The translations under genes were made by a program, and so were the position numbers. A DNA stretch of 64,000 nt from the IMG/VR virus record IMGVR_UViG_3300031964_000018, one strand, 5' to 3'. Under the pieces are notes generated by a model. It ran no database searches, was not told where the DNA came from, and saw only the letters and a list, made by a program, of their open reading frames with translations. This stretch comes from a virus. Positions 8,273 through 16,035 of the stretch are shown here, one piece after another; the first letter of the stretch is position 1; every line of letters begins with the position of its first letter.

Positions 8273-8481
8273 CGAGTCACCTCAGGATGGCGGTAGTAAT
8301 ATCCAGCCGCCGCAGCGCCGGCTCGGATCAGCCACTCCTCGGCATTTGCGGCCCAGTTGCCGGCTTCGCCATAATCGTCAGCAGTCTGTATCTTGCTGAT
8401 CGCACGCCTAGCCGCCGCGGTCGCCATCAACGCATAGAGTGCGTTGATTCTTGACGATACAGCCTTGGATGTTGCCTTCAC
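8269..8481 (-). CDS. Hypothetical protein (70 aa)
   Basis: Track ORF, coupled to its neighbours. Confidence 0.55.
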   Translation of the reverse strand: MKATSKAVSSRINALYALMATAAARRAISKIQTADDYGEAGNWAANAEEWLIRAGAAAAGYYYRHPEVTR

Positions 8482-8711
8482 GATCCGAATCTCCGCTGAT
8501 ATTCGTCCATCAGATCTTCGACCTGACTAAATTCTTCGTTGACATCGTGAACGTTATCGTAGCGAACGCCCTGAAATTCAGGACGAGCACCGTGAGCACC
8601 GTGCTTCAGTACGGCCTTGATTACCTCAGAACATTCCTCTGCAATTTTCATGCAGAGGTCGCCTTCGGTCAGTAGGGTGATCTGGTTGCGGTTCAACATG
8701 GAATCCTCCAC
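8478..8711 (-). CDS. Small MazG-like all-alpha protein (77 aa), tentative
   Basis: The segment KIAEECSEVIKAVLKHG resembles the E-x-x-E helix of MazG-family proteins. The resemblance is weak. Confidence 0.45.
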   Translation of the reverse strand: MEDSMLNRNQITLLTEGDLCMKIAEECSEVIKAVLKHGAHGARPEFQGVRYDNVHDVNEEFSQVEDLMDEYQRRFGS

Positions 8712-8953
8712 TTGATCGCAGGACGACCGCTGTCTGTTACGCCTTGCTCTCCACTGTTTTCGACTTTACCTTTTTCAACAAGGTGCCGAAGATTGCCGGA
8801 GACCGCTTGATGCGATCTACCGATATCTTTTTCGATATCGTTGCAGGTCTTTGGAGCGACGCGGAGTGAAGCCACGATTAGCTCGTCAAGTGTGGGAGAA
8901 TGCTTTGCGAAGAACTCGTATGCATCCCGTGATGTCTCCTGGTAATTTTCCAT
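8693..8953 (-). CDS. Winged-helix (MarR/ArsR-like) DNA-binding protein (86 aa), downstream partner of ParA
   Basis: Internal ATG (MENYQETS...) overlaps the parA stop (ATGA). The segment CNDIEKDIGRSHQAVSGNLRHLVEKGKV looks like HTH plus wing. Confidence 0.6.
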   Translation of the reverse strand: MENYQETSRDAYEFFAKHSPTLDELIVASLRVAPKTCNDIEKDIGRSHQAVSGNLRHLVEKGKVENSGEQGVTDSGRPAIKWRIPC

Positions 8954-9711
8954 CACGGCTTCACCGTCGTCTTCTGAGCCACCCCAACCAACTCGGTCAG
9001 CTTGACCCGATCGAACTCGGCCCAAATGCTCGCCAGCCAGTGACGAACCTGGCCGCGTAACACGAAGGAAAAATTCGCCAGTTCGTCCTTTGCGTTCTTG
9101 TTGGCGACGAACTTCAGGAACGGGATCGACTCGACCTCGACCTTTTCGAACGCCATCTCGTCGAGTTTCGGGATGGTGAGTTCGACGGAATCCTTGATCT
9201 TGTTGAAGTAGGAAGCGAACGTCGCCTCATCCCATTCGAAAAAGGTGGTGTTGTTGACGTGGTTCTTGACCAAGAAATACTTGGCACCTTCCATGAAGGA
9301 AGCCGTGAGCGCGATCTCATCCAACGAAGCAATCGAGCTTCCCAGGATATGAAACACGGCCAAAGTGATCTGGCCAGACTTGGCCATATCCAAAAAGCCG
9401 ATGTCCCTCAACGACGCCAGCGACGGAGAGAGCAAGCCGGCTCGCACGTCGATGAGCGTTACCGAGGGGTTCTCGGCACTCAGGGTATCGAACACCCGCA
9501 TCTGACCCGGCGTCGTAGTGAGATCCACTATCTCGGTGATGTCGGAGTGAAAGCGTTTGAGCGTGCCGCGGGGGGATTCGGTATCGAACGCCCTCGTCGG
9601 GGCGTCGTTGGCTCTGAAGTAGTCTAGCAGGGCACGAGAGGTCGTGGTTTTACCCACGCCTCCCTTGTCCGCACCGACGACGATCACGACCGGTTTGGAT
9701 AGTGTGATCAT
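8953..9711 (-). CDS. parA: ParA/MinD-family P-loop ATPase (252 aa)
   Basis: Deviant Walker A motif VVGADKGGVGKTTTS near the N-terminus. Confidence 0.85.
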   Translation of the reverse strand: MITLSKPVVIVVGADKGGVGKTTTSRALLDYFRANDAPTRAFDTESPRGTLKRFHSDITEIVDLTTTPGQMRVFDTLSAENPSVTLIDVRAGLLSPSLASLRDIGFLDMAKSGQITLAVFHILGSSIASLDEIALTASFMEGAKYFLVKNHVNNTTFFEWDEATFASYFNKIKDSVELTIPKLDEMAFEKVEVESIPFLKFVANKNAKDELANFSFVLRGQVRHWLASIWAEFDRVKLTELVGVAQKTTVKP

Positions 9712-9917
9712 GATTTCATCCCTCCTGACAGCATGTATTTTTGAAGCATCTCCCCAAACCCCTCGTATATTTTGGGGGGATCGTCGTGTTGAAGCAACAC
9801 GTCACCGACAGAGATGGCGAGCGCCGTAAATACGAGCGCCCCCTCAACGTCATCGCAGGCGCTGCGGATAATGCGAACGAGGTGCTTGGTCGTCCTGGTG
9901 TCCTCTGCTGTTGCCAT
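9708..9917 (-). CDS. Hypothetical small acidic protein (69 aa)
   Basis: Track ORF with an ATGA overlap onto parA. Confidence 0.55.
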   Translation of the reverse strand: MATAEDTRTTKHLVRIIRSACDDVEGALVFTALAISVGDVLLQHDDPPKIYEGFGEMLQKYMLSGGMKS

Positions 9918-9918
9918 A

Positions 9919-10161
9919 TCACCAGCCCTCCAACTCCGCCGCGGCCTTGGTGAGGCGAGCGATCACGTCTAGATACGTGAAGACGGCAACGCCTGGCTGC
10001 ATCGTATTGAGAACCTCAACCAGGAACTCGGTGACGCCGCAGACGATCTCTGCGTTGCCATAGCCTTCGCAAGTATCCGAGATGTCGTCCTGGATACATG
10101 CGACCTCGTTCTGGAATTCTTCGAAGGTCTGGGTCGAGGCATTGGGAACGTGCATATTCAT
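9919..10161 (-). CDS. Hypothetical small acidic protein (80 aa)
   Basis: Track ORF. Confidence 0.55.
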   Translation of the reverse strand: MNMHVPNASTQTFEEFQNEVACIQDDISDTCEGYGNAEIVCGVTEFLVEVLNTMQPGVAVFTYLDVIARLTKAAAELEGW

Positions 10162-10182
10162 GTTGATCTTCCTGTTCTGTGT

Positions 10183-10389
10183 TTAAACGTTGTGTTTCAG
10201 TACCGCGCTCTTCAGATCCTGCACGACCCGAGAAAGCATCTCGGAGCGTGTATCAATTGGCCATTCCTTCAGACTGTGCGCGAGCATCGCCGTCAGAGCG
10301 ATCATGCAGGACCCTCGAGTCCGACCGTAAAGGCCCTGCAGGATGTAGTTGGTGAGGTCGACGGCGTCGGATTCTTCCTTAGTGCTCAT
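10183..10389 (-). CDS. Hypothetical protein (68 aa)
   Basis: Internal ATG (MSTKEES...) forms an ATGA overlap with the stop of ORF 10386-10955. Confidence 0.55.
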   Translation of the reverse strand: MSTKEESDAVDLTNYILQGLYGRTRGSCMIALTAMLAHSLKEWPIDTRSEMLSRVVQDLKSAVLKHNV

Positions 10390-10955
10390 CGTATCTCTTC
10401 TCCCCATGGCCCATCCGCCTCGGTGTATGGTTTTACGGGGTTGGGATATTTGAGGAGGAGCTTCACCACCTTCTCATTCAATTTCTCGAGCCAGCCTTTC
10501 GGAGGACGTGGCGGCCGATCGTCGACCCATGTGCCGTTGATCATGGCGTCACGCAGAACCACCAGACTGGCGATGGCCTTAGTAACGTGAGAGATATCGC
10601 TCTCCGGGTCGTCGTCTTCGCCTTCCCACCATGACGGCATGTGGCGAGCCATCACCGCGTCGTAGTAGACGGACGCTCTTACTCCGATGACGCGGTAGTT
10701 ATGCCGGCCGTACTTTAAGGCACCTTCCAACATCGCCACGCCAAGTTCTGCCAGGACCGGCGCCGAGATGGTACTGAACGGCACCTTCTTGATGCCGAGA
10801 GCGTCCTTGGGGTTGGAAGGCTTAGTGGCTGATGGCAGATATTCGATTCCTGCCAGTGGCGTGGGATCGAGCTGACCACAGAAATCCTGCCGGCAACTCG
10901 CGCATTCATCATTCATGGGAACGTCATGAATGCATGTGGCAAACACGCTGCTCAT
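10386..10955 (-). CDS. dATP/dGTP diphosphohydrolase-like (DUF5664-type, all-alpha NTP-PPase) protein (189 aa)
   Basis: Motifs NPKDALGIKK, GALKYGRHNYR and MARHMPSWWEGEDDDPESDISHV match my recollection of the phage dGTP/dATP diphosphohydrolase N-terminal domain. The start forms an ATGA overlap with the upstream gene. Confidence 0.65.
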   Translation of the reverse strand: MSSVFATCIHDVPMNDECASCRQDFCGQLDPTPLAGIEYLPSATKPSNPKDALGIKKVPFSTISAPVLAELGVAMLEGALKYGRHNYRVIGVRASVYYDAVMARHMPSWWEGEDDDPESDISHVTKAIASLVVLRDAMINGTWVDDRPPRPPKGWLEKLNEKVVKLLLKYPNPVKPYTEADGPWGEEIR

Positions 10956-11323
10956 AGGTAAATGAACTCGCGCTTCAGAAACTTCGCCAAGGCGAACTCC
11001 GGACCGCTGGCGCCGCTGCTGAACTCCCAACCAGGAAGAAAAGCGATCGTGGTGCAGCGACCATTCTCGTCGCCAAGCGCGATGAACTTGAGATCCTGAT
11101 AGATGGCCACTGCGAGATCGAACTGATGTTCGGCCACGGCCATGTCCACGTTACCGGTCGGGTTGTTCAGTGAGATATCCTTGCCGTGTCGACGAATGTC
11201 ATTCTCCGCCGGGCAGAACACGGCATGCCCTTCGGAGCGAAAACTCTCGCGCGCCTTGTGGAACGCCGGGAAGTTGAAGTAAGGAACCCCCCGCATCGGT
11301 CCTGCCAGATAGATATTCTTCAT
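10952..11323 (-). CDS. DUF4406 / nucleoside 2-deoxyribosyltransferase-like protein (123 aa)
   Basis: The N-terminus MKNIYLAGPMRGVPYFNFPAFHKA is characteristic of the DUF4406 fold family. Confidence 0.65.
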   Translation of the reverse strand: MKNIYLAGPMRGVPYFNFPAFHKARESFRSEGHAVFCPAENDIRRHGKDISLNNPTGNVDMAVAEHQFDLAVAIYQDLKFIALGDENGRCTTIAFLPGWEFSSGASGPEFALAKFLKREFIYL

Positions 11324-11325
11324 AG

Positions 11326-12033
11326 TTACGCCGCCTCTCTCTGTGATGTCGCTTCGGCGAGTCTCGCCTTTGCAACAGTGAAATAGTTCTGGTCGATCTC
11401 GATCCCGATGAAGTCGCGCCCGGTGTTTGCGCATGCGACTCCGGTCGTGCCGCTGCCCATGAACGGATCCAGCACGAGCCAGCCAGGCTCAGTCGAGTTG
11501 AGGACGTAGTGCTCCATCAGCTCGACAGGCTTTTCTGTCGGATGAGATTTGTTGCGAGGGTTGGTCGCCTCAAACGTTTGTTTGCTTCGAGGATCATTGA
11601 TGGCGCGCGCCGGCGGCTTATAGAGATAGACCACCAGTTCGGTGTTCTTCATGTACCAGCGGCTCGGAGTCCGCGTGTTTTTGATCCAGAACAGCAGGCC
11701 GTGGCGCTTGAACCCCGCTGCGTCGCCGGCTTCTAGAAGCGAGGCAAGCGTCAGGTTGTTCGTCATCACGTAGGCATCACGTCCAGGCTTCAGCACGCGG
11801 TAGAGTTCAGGCATGTATTCCGACGGAGTGATGTCGTTATGCTTGAAGAGCCTGCCGTCGTTTTTGGTGAGGATTCCTCGAGGCCTGCCTCTGGCGTTCC
11901 CCTTGAAGGGTGACTCATTCGATCCGCCCGCAATCACCCTGAACGGAGGATCCGTGAGAACCAGGTCGACGCTAGAGTCCTTCACGCCCTTGATGACGTC
12001 GAGGAAATCGCCATTGAGAAGGAGATTCTTCAT
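11326..12033 (-). CDS. Beta-class N6-adenine/N4-cytosine DNA methyltransferase (235 aa), CcrM-like motif order
   Basis: Motif IV (DLVLTDPPF) precedes motif I (VLDPFMGSGTTGVA). Target specificity cannot be read from the sequence. Confidence 0.85.
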   Translation of the reverse strand: MKNLLLNGDFLDVIKGVKDSSVDLVLTDPPFRVIAGGSNESPFKGNARGRPRGILTKNDGRLFKHNDITPSEYMPELYRVLKPGRDAYVMTNNLTLASLLEAGDAAGFKRHGLLFWIKNTRTPSRWYMKNTELVVYLYKPPARAINDPRSKQTFEATNPRNKSHPTEKPVELMEHYVLNSTEPGWLVLDPFMGSGTTGVACANTGRDFIGIEIDQNYFTVAKARLAEATSQREAA

Positions 12034-12188
12034 CCAAGCCTCCAGCCCTGGGAATTCCCAGGAAAGAGACCGTCCTCGAACGCAATCAGGTCGATGCGTG
12101 CGAGGATCTTCTTGGCGTCCGAGTCCGATAGCCGGCCACCAGGCACGATGAAGTATGAGGCGCCTTCCGGCGTCATCATCTTCATCAT
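12030..12188 (-). CDS. Small hypothetical protein (52 aa), below the ORF-track cutoff
   Basis: Read by eye: MMKMMTPEGASYFIVPGGRLSDSDAKKILARIDLIAFEDGLFPGNSQGWRLG. GC3 is high and the stop overlaps the methyltransferase ATG (ATGA). Confidence 0.5.
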   Translation of the reverse strand: MMKMMTPEGASYFIVPGGRLSDSDAKKILARIDLIAFEDGLFPGNSQGWRLG

Positions 12189-12253
12189 GCGGGTGTTGGG
12201 TTGACGGAGTAGATCCGAAGCCTTCCTCAGGCTAAGGCAACCTGCCGCCTTGG

Positions 12254-12850
12254 TCAGACAGAGACACCATCAACGATGGCCATAGCTTCTCGGGAGGCCG
12301 AGTGGTTACGGTCTCCACTCCCCCAAGCTATAGGCCCGACAGGGGGCTTGCCGATTCTACGATGCGTCAAGGCGTGATGCCCTGGGCAGTAGCTGCTGTC
12401 TTCTTGCTTCGGATTGTCGCAATAGACCATGTAAGACGTGTCTTCGCCGACCGGATAGGCGCAGCCGTGGAAGAAGTTCATCTTGTGGAATGGCGTGCTG
12501 CGAACTCGGACTGCAGCTTTCCGAGGTGTGAATGGCGCACTCGGAATCTCGCCATGTTGCTTTGGGGTGATTCCGGCCGCGGCTCGGACTCGTCTTTTGG
12601 AGTCTCTCTTGGCAATCCGCTTGGCCTCTTCCCTCTGTGCCAGGATCTCCGGCGTAATCTCAGGTCTAAATCCACGCGGGTTCTTGGCCAGGCCTGCTCG
12701 CTTGATTAATCCTCCGATGGCGCTCCGGGTGGCGCCGACAGCGTTGCCGGCCTCCTCATACGTGGCGCCAGCGGCTACCAGGCGAATAGCCTCGGCCCGA
12801 GTTTCTTCCGTCCACGGCGATGTGGTTGCATTACGATGTGTGGCTGACAT
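12254..12850 (-). CDS. gcrA: GcrA-like cell-cycle regulator homologue (198 aa)
   Basis: N-terminal W-T-E...A-G-x-T/S...R-S-A-I-G-G-L-I-K-R-A-G-L HTH, and a C-terminal C-x-Y-P-V-G...Y-C...Y-C-P-G-H-H segment. Both parallel Caulobacter GcrA. Confidence 0.75.
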   Translation of the reverse strand: MSATHRNATTSPWTEETRAEAIRLVAAGATYEEAGNAVGATRSAIGGLIKRAGLAKNPRGFRPEITPEILAQREEAKRIAKRDSKRRVRAAAGITPKQHGEIPSAPFTPRKAAVRVRSTPFHKMNFFHGCAYPVGEDTSYMVYCDNPKQEDSSYCPGHHALTHRRIGKPPVGPIAWGSGDRNHSASREAMAIVDGVSV

Positions 12851-12851
12851 G

Positions 12852-13082
12852 TTAGGCGACCACACTTAATGCGCGAGGATTATTGTCTGCAGTCGGGATC
12901 GTATCATCCGATCGAAGACTCGCGAGGAGCAAATCCACCTCTAGCTTGAGCTGTCGGATGGAGGCGATCTGAGAGTGGCCAGACTTGTCCAATCGAATCT
13001 TGGCGATCATGGTCCGCGCGCCGGCAATCTCTTTTCCGATCCGCACAGTGTAGTTGCCGCAAGTGTTGCAGTTAGTGATCAT
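12852..13082 (-). CDS. Hypothetical protein (76 aa)
   Basis: Track ORF. An N-terminal CNTC pair is present. Confidence 0.55.
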   Translation of the reverse strand: MITNCNTCGNYTVRIGKEIAGARTMIAKIRLDKSGHSQIASIRQLKLEVDLLLASLRSDDTIPTADNNPRALSVVA

Positions 13083-13089
13083 GTGTCCC

Positions 13090-13671
13090 CTATTTCCCCA
13101 GAACTCGTTGAACTGTGCTGACGCCCACCTTGAGCGTCTTGGCGATCTTGATCTTGCCGTATCCCTCGGCCCGTAAGCGCCTGATGTCGGCGTCGGTCGT
13201 CATGTCGGAAAACTTCCGACCGATATGCTTGCCATCTTTTTTTGCCCTAGCCTGCCCGGCCATGACCCGCTCGCGGATCATGCCGCGCTCGAACTCAGCG
13301 ATGACGCCGAGCATCTGAAACATCATCCGACCGGCGACTGTCGAGGTATCCAGGCCCTGCTGATGCAGAAAAAGATCCACACCTTTGTCATGCAATGCCT
13401 GAAGGATACCGAGAAGGTCGACCAACGATCTCCCCAGGCGATCGACTGACCACGTTGCCACCATGTCGAACTCTTTCGAGTTGACGGCCTTCAACAGCGC
13501 GTCCAAACCTGGGCGCTTGTCCCTGCCCTTCGATCCTGAGATCCCTTCGTCCTGGAAAATCTTGACGATCTTCCATCCCGAGCGAGCGGAGACCTCCGTC
13601 AGTGCGAGCATCTGGTTGTCGGTCGTCTGCTCGCCCGTCGATACGCGGAGATAGAGTGCGACCCGTTTCAT
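13090..13671 (-). CDS. Small serine recombinase (resolvase/invertase family, 193 aa)
   Basis: N-terminus MKRVALYLRVSTGEQ with the catalytic-Ser context, then VDRLGRS and a C-terminal HTH (KIAKTLKVGVSTVQRVL). Confidence 0.9.
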   Translation of the reverse strand: MKRVALYLRVSTGEQTTDNQMLALTEVSARSGWKIVKIFQDEGISGSKGRDKRPGLDALLKAVNSKEFDMVATWSVDRLGRSLVDLLGILQALHDKGVDLFLHQQGLDTSTVAGRMMFQMLGVIAEFERGMIRERVMAGQARAKKDGKHIGRKFSDMTTDADIRRLRAEGYGKIKIAKTLKVGVSTVQRVLGK

Positions 13672-13785
13672 GATGAAGCCCTCAAATTGAGGGACCGGGG
13701 TTTCTCTCGGGTTGCGTTCCAACGGATCGCGACGAATGCGACGTTCAGGAGAAGCCAACCTGTGATGATGTAGATGATTGTCATT

Positions 13786-13885
13786 GCCTACCTACCTACT
13801 GATTCGGCGTGTGGGCAAATAGGTAGGCGAATCGGTAGGCAGTGTCAAACCCTATTTGACTACCACCTACCTGCCTGCTATAAAT
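13786..13885. promoter_or_regulatory. Left immunity control region: TAGGTAGG-type half-sites, a GANTC-containing core and the repressor promoter TTGACT-N17-TATAAA
   Basis: Elements read in order: GCCTACCTACCTAC-TGATTCGGC-N8-AAATAGGTAGGC at 13786-13828, further GGTAGGC at 13834-13840, and a plus-strand -35 at 13856-13861 and -10 at 13879-13884 whose spacer contains CCTACCTGCC. Confidence 0.6.
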
Positions 13886-13928
13886 TTTTCCGTAAGGCAG
13901 GAATATTTTAAAAAAGGATGTTTGCGCA

Positions 13929-14798
13929 ATGAACGGCGACAAGATTTTTGATCGTTGTGATGAGCTGGGACTGTCTTGGAAGGCATTATCCCTGGCCCTC
14001 AAAGACGAGAACGGTGTCCCGAGGTCTCACAACTACATACAGAAGTTCTTCAGGGAGGGCGTCGGTGGCCATGAGGGGTTCGACGAACGTGACAGCAAGA
14101 CGCTGTCCCACATCCTTGGCCTACCTCTGTCGGTAGTGTCCGGTCCGGATACTAATCCACCGAATCGCAACAAGCTGCGTGACAGAGCCAAATTCAACAA
14201 AGGGCGAGAGCTTCACACATTCGATTCTTCGACGGGGACGTTTAAGCCTGTCAATCCAGTCAAGAAGTTGACTCAAATTAAATCGAAAACCAGCAAATCA
14301 TTAACCCAAAAAAATTTAGTCCTCATTCAAAACAAACCTTCGTCTGATCCTCGACATAATTCACTTGACGATGTCTACCTACCGGCCCAGATCTACGGCG
14401 CGGCTGATTTGCCGGTCTACGGGACCGAGCAGGACCGCAGTGGAGGCGCTCTGATCGTGAATAAGGCTGCAGTTAAAGCGGAACAAAGACCACCGCACTT
14501 AATGAATTCTCGCAATGGGTACGGAATAATTGTTAGGGGGAACGATTCTGCTCCGAGAATAGAAAACGGGGAGACGGTCTACTTCAATCCTGATAAAGCT
14601 CCAGCAGACGGAGATACTTGTATCTTCCACAGTGGGGTTGACTGCGACTCGCTCGCCGTTATACGCAAGCTTCAGCGTTTCAGCGAAGAGACGTGGTTTG
14701 TCAGCCGGTTCTTACCAGACAGCGAAGTCATTGAACTAAAGCGAGAGGAATGGCCCGTGTGCCACGTTTGGGCCGGGTCTGAGCCGGCTAGATACTAA
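13929..14798 (+). CDS. Phage repressor of the LexA/CI S24-peptidase type (289 aa)
   Basis: An N-terminal HTH-like domain is joined by a low-complexity linker to a C-terminal S24-like domain (VRGNDSAPRIENGETVYF...GDTCIF...AVIRKL) with Ser and Lys in the expected contexts. Confidence 0.75.
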   Translation: MNGDKIFDRCDELGLSWKALSLALKDENGVPRSHNYIQKFFREGVGGHEGFDERDSKTLSHILGLPLSVVSGPDTNPPNRNKLRDRAKFNKGRELHTFDSSTGTFKPVNPVKKLTQIKSKTSKSLTQKNLVLIQNKPSSDPRHNSLDDVYLPAQIYGAADLPVYGTEQDRSGGALIVNKAAVKAEQRPPHLMNSRNGYGIIVRGNDSAPRIENGETVYFNPDKAPADGDTCIFHSGVDCDSLAVIRKLQRFSEETWFVSRFLPDSEVIELKREEWPVCHVWAGSEPARY

Positions 14799-14823
14799 AC
14801 AACCGTTGGATTTTTTTCGACTG

Positions 14824-14864
14824 GGCCCCCGACCTGTTCACGCAGGCCGGGGGTTTCGTCGTTT
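14824..14864 (+). terminator. Rho-independent terminator after the repressor gene
   Basis: CCCCCGACCTG-TTCACG-CAGGCCGGGGG (10 of 11 bp paired) followed by TTTCGTCGTTTC. Confidence 0.7.
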
Positions 14865-15027
14865 CGGCACCATGCTACGGGCACAGTCCTGCCACGAACT
14901 ACGGTTCAACCGTCTAAAGGTTTCCTCCGCAGCGCAATATTCCTAAAGCAAACAAGATCGTGATCAACAGTCATGTTCGTCGCATACCGTAGTTTTACGG
15001 TGATTCCAACTTTCCCAAATTATTTTT

Positions 15028-15077
15028 GCCTGCCTACCTATTTGGTGTTGCCGAATCAAAAGTAGGTAGGTAGGTAT
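15028..15077. promoter_or_regulatory. Right immunity control region, an inverted copy of the 13786-13830 element
   Basis: GCCTGCCTACCTATTTGG-TGTT-GCCGAATCA-AAAGTAGGTAGGTAGGTA. Its reverse complement aligns with CCTACCTACCTAC-TGATTCGGC-...-AAATAGGTAGGC on the left side. Confidence 0.6.
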
Positions 15078-15118
15078 CTCTTCGTCGGGAAGAACTCGAC
15101 GAGGGGAAACAGCATCAC

Positions 15119-15322
15119 ATGGCTAAAGACCAACAGAGCATTCACCCGCGCGTCGTTGCCGGGAAGACGGTCCAACCAATCATCAATACCTGTGCGAACT
15201 CTTCGCTCCAGCGGCGAATGACTAAGCAGCTCGCCGGAATCGAGAAGCATCTCGAGAGCAATCCGCGAGATGGTTTGAGCCAGACTCGCGTCTCCACCAT
15301 CCGCTCGATTTTGAAGGGTTGA
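15119..15322 (+). CDS. Hypothetical protein (67 aa), first gene of the rightward operon
   Basis: Track ORF with about 70% GC3, preferred over the antisense ORF 15056-15403. Confidence 0.55.
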   Translation: MAKDQQSIHPRVVAGKTVQPIINTCANSSLQRRMTKQLAGIEKHLESNPRDGLSQTRVSTIRSILKG

Positions 15323-15328
15323 TGGGTG

Positions 15329-15469
15329 ATGGAGCAGTCTCACCCTCAATACGGCGCCGGCTACTGCTGGGCCAACTTCTGCAAGATGGTCTTCTACGGC
15401 CACGCCTCTTGGCCTTCCTACTCCTACTGGATTGTGCCCGGCACGATCACCAATGAGGAGAATTTCTGA
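15329..15469 (+). CDS. Small Cys/Trp-rich hypothetical protein (46 aa)
   Basis: Read by eye: MEQSHPQYGAGYCWANFCKMVFYGHASWPSYSYWIVPGTITNEENF. GC3 is high and the stop overlaps the next ATG (TGATG). Confidence 0.45.
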   Translation: MEQSHPQYGAGYCWANFCKMVFYGHASWPSYSYWIVPGTITNEENF

Positions 15470-16035
15470 TGCACGGGATCATCTCACCTAACGAACAACT
15501 TCTCACAGTTGCAGCGAATTTCATTTTAGCGGGCGGTCAGCGCGCTCAATGGGTTGGCGCGTTTGATCGCGCCGTAGAAATGTCGGGGAAGGGCCAAGAC
15601 ATCGATGCCGACTGCGGCCAGGTTGAATCTGCCCAACCCCGACACACAAATGAAGGTGAGGAGGCCAAGTTTAAGGTGCCGCAAGGCCAATCGATAGGTG
15701 CCTCCTCACCTTCACACCGTCTTGTCACCTTCATCGCTCGCGAACCGACTGCACAGCAACGATCAATCGGCGCCGATAATGCGAAGAAGATCGCTCTCAC
15801 CGTCATGGACACCATGAAAATCGACGGTCTGTCTATTGGCGACTGGACGATCACTAATGCCCTTCGTGCCGGCAAGAATATGACTCACGAAGGTCTCGTG
15901 CTGCTCGGGGCAGCACGTAGGGCAAAGCTGAAATACGCCAACCTGCCAGGCAACACGCTACTTCGTCACGCTCTCAAACCGGCCGACATGCAGAATATTG
16001 TTCGTCGCGCCATGGAGAAGACCAATGTCTTCTGA
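15469..16035 (+). CDS. Hypothetical protein (188 aa)
   Basis: Track ORF. Confidence 0.65.
   Translation: MHGIISPNEQLLTVAANFILAGGQRAQWVGAFDRAVEMSGKGQDIDADCGQVESAQPRHTNEGEEAKFKVPQGQSIGASSPSHRLVTFIAREPTAQQRSIGADNAKKIALTVMDTMKIDGLSIGDWTITNALRAGKNMTHEGLVLLGAARRAKLKYANLPGNTLLRHALKPADMQNIVRRAMEKTNVF

Noticed and set aside
13786-15077. The TAGGTAGG inverted repeats as terminal inverted repeats of an insertion sequence carrying the repressor
   Set aside because: There is no transposase inside the segment and no target-site duplication is evident. The same word also occurs at two distant promoters, which fits a regulatory site better.
15056-15403. A 115-aa minus-strand ORF in the right immunity boundary
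   Set aside because: The plus-strand ORFs 15119-15322 and 15329-15469 have better GC3 and coupling. The minus ORF would run into the operator repeat.
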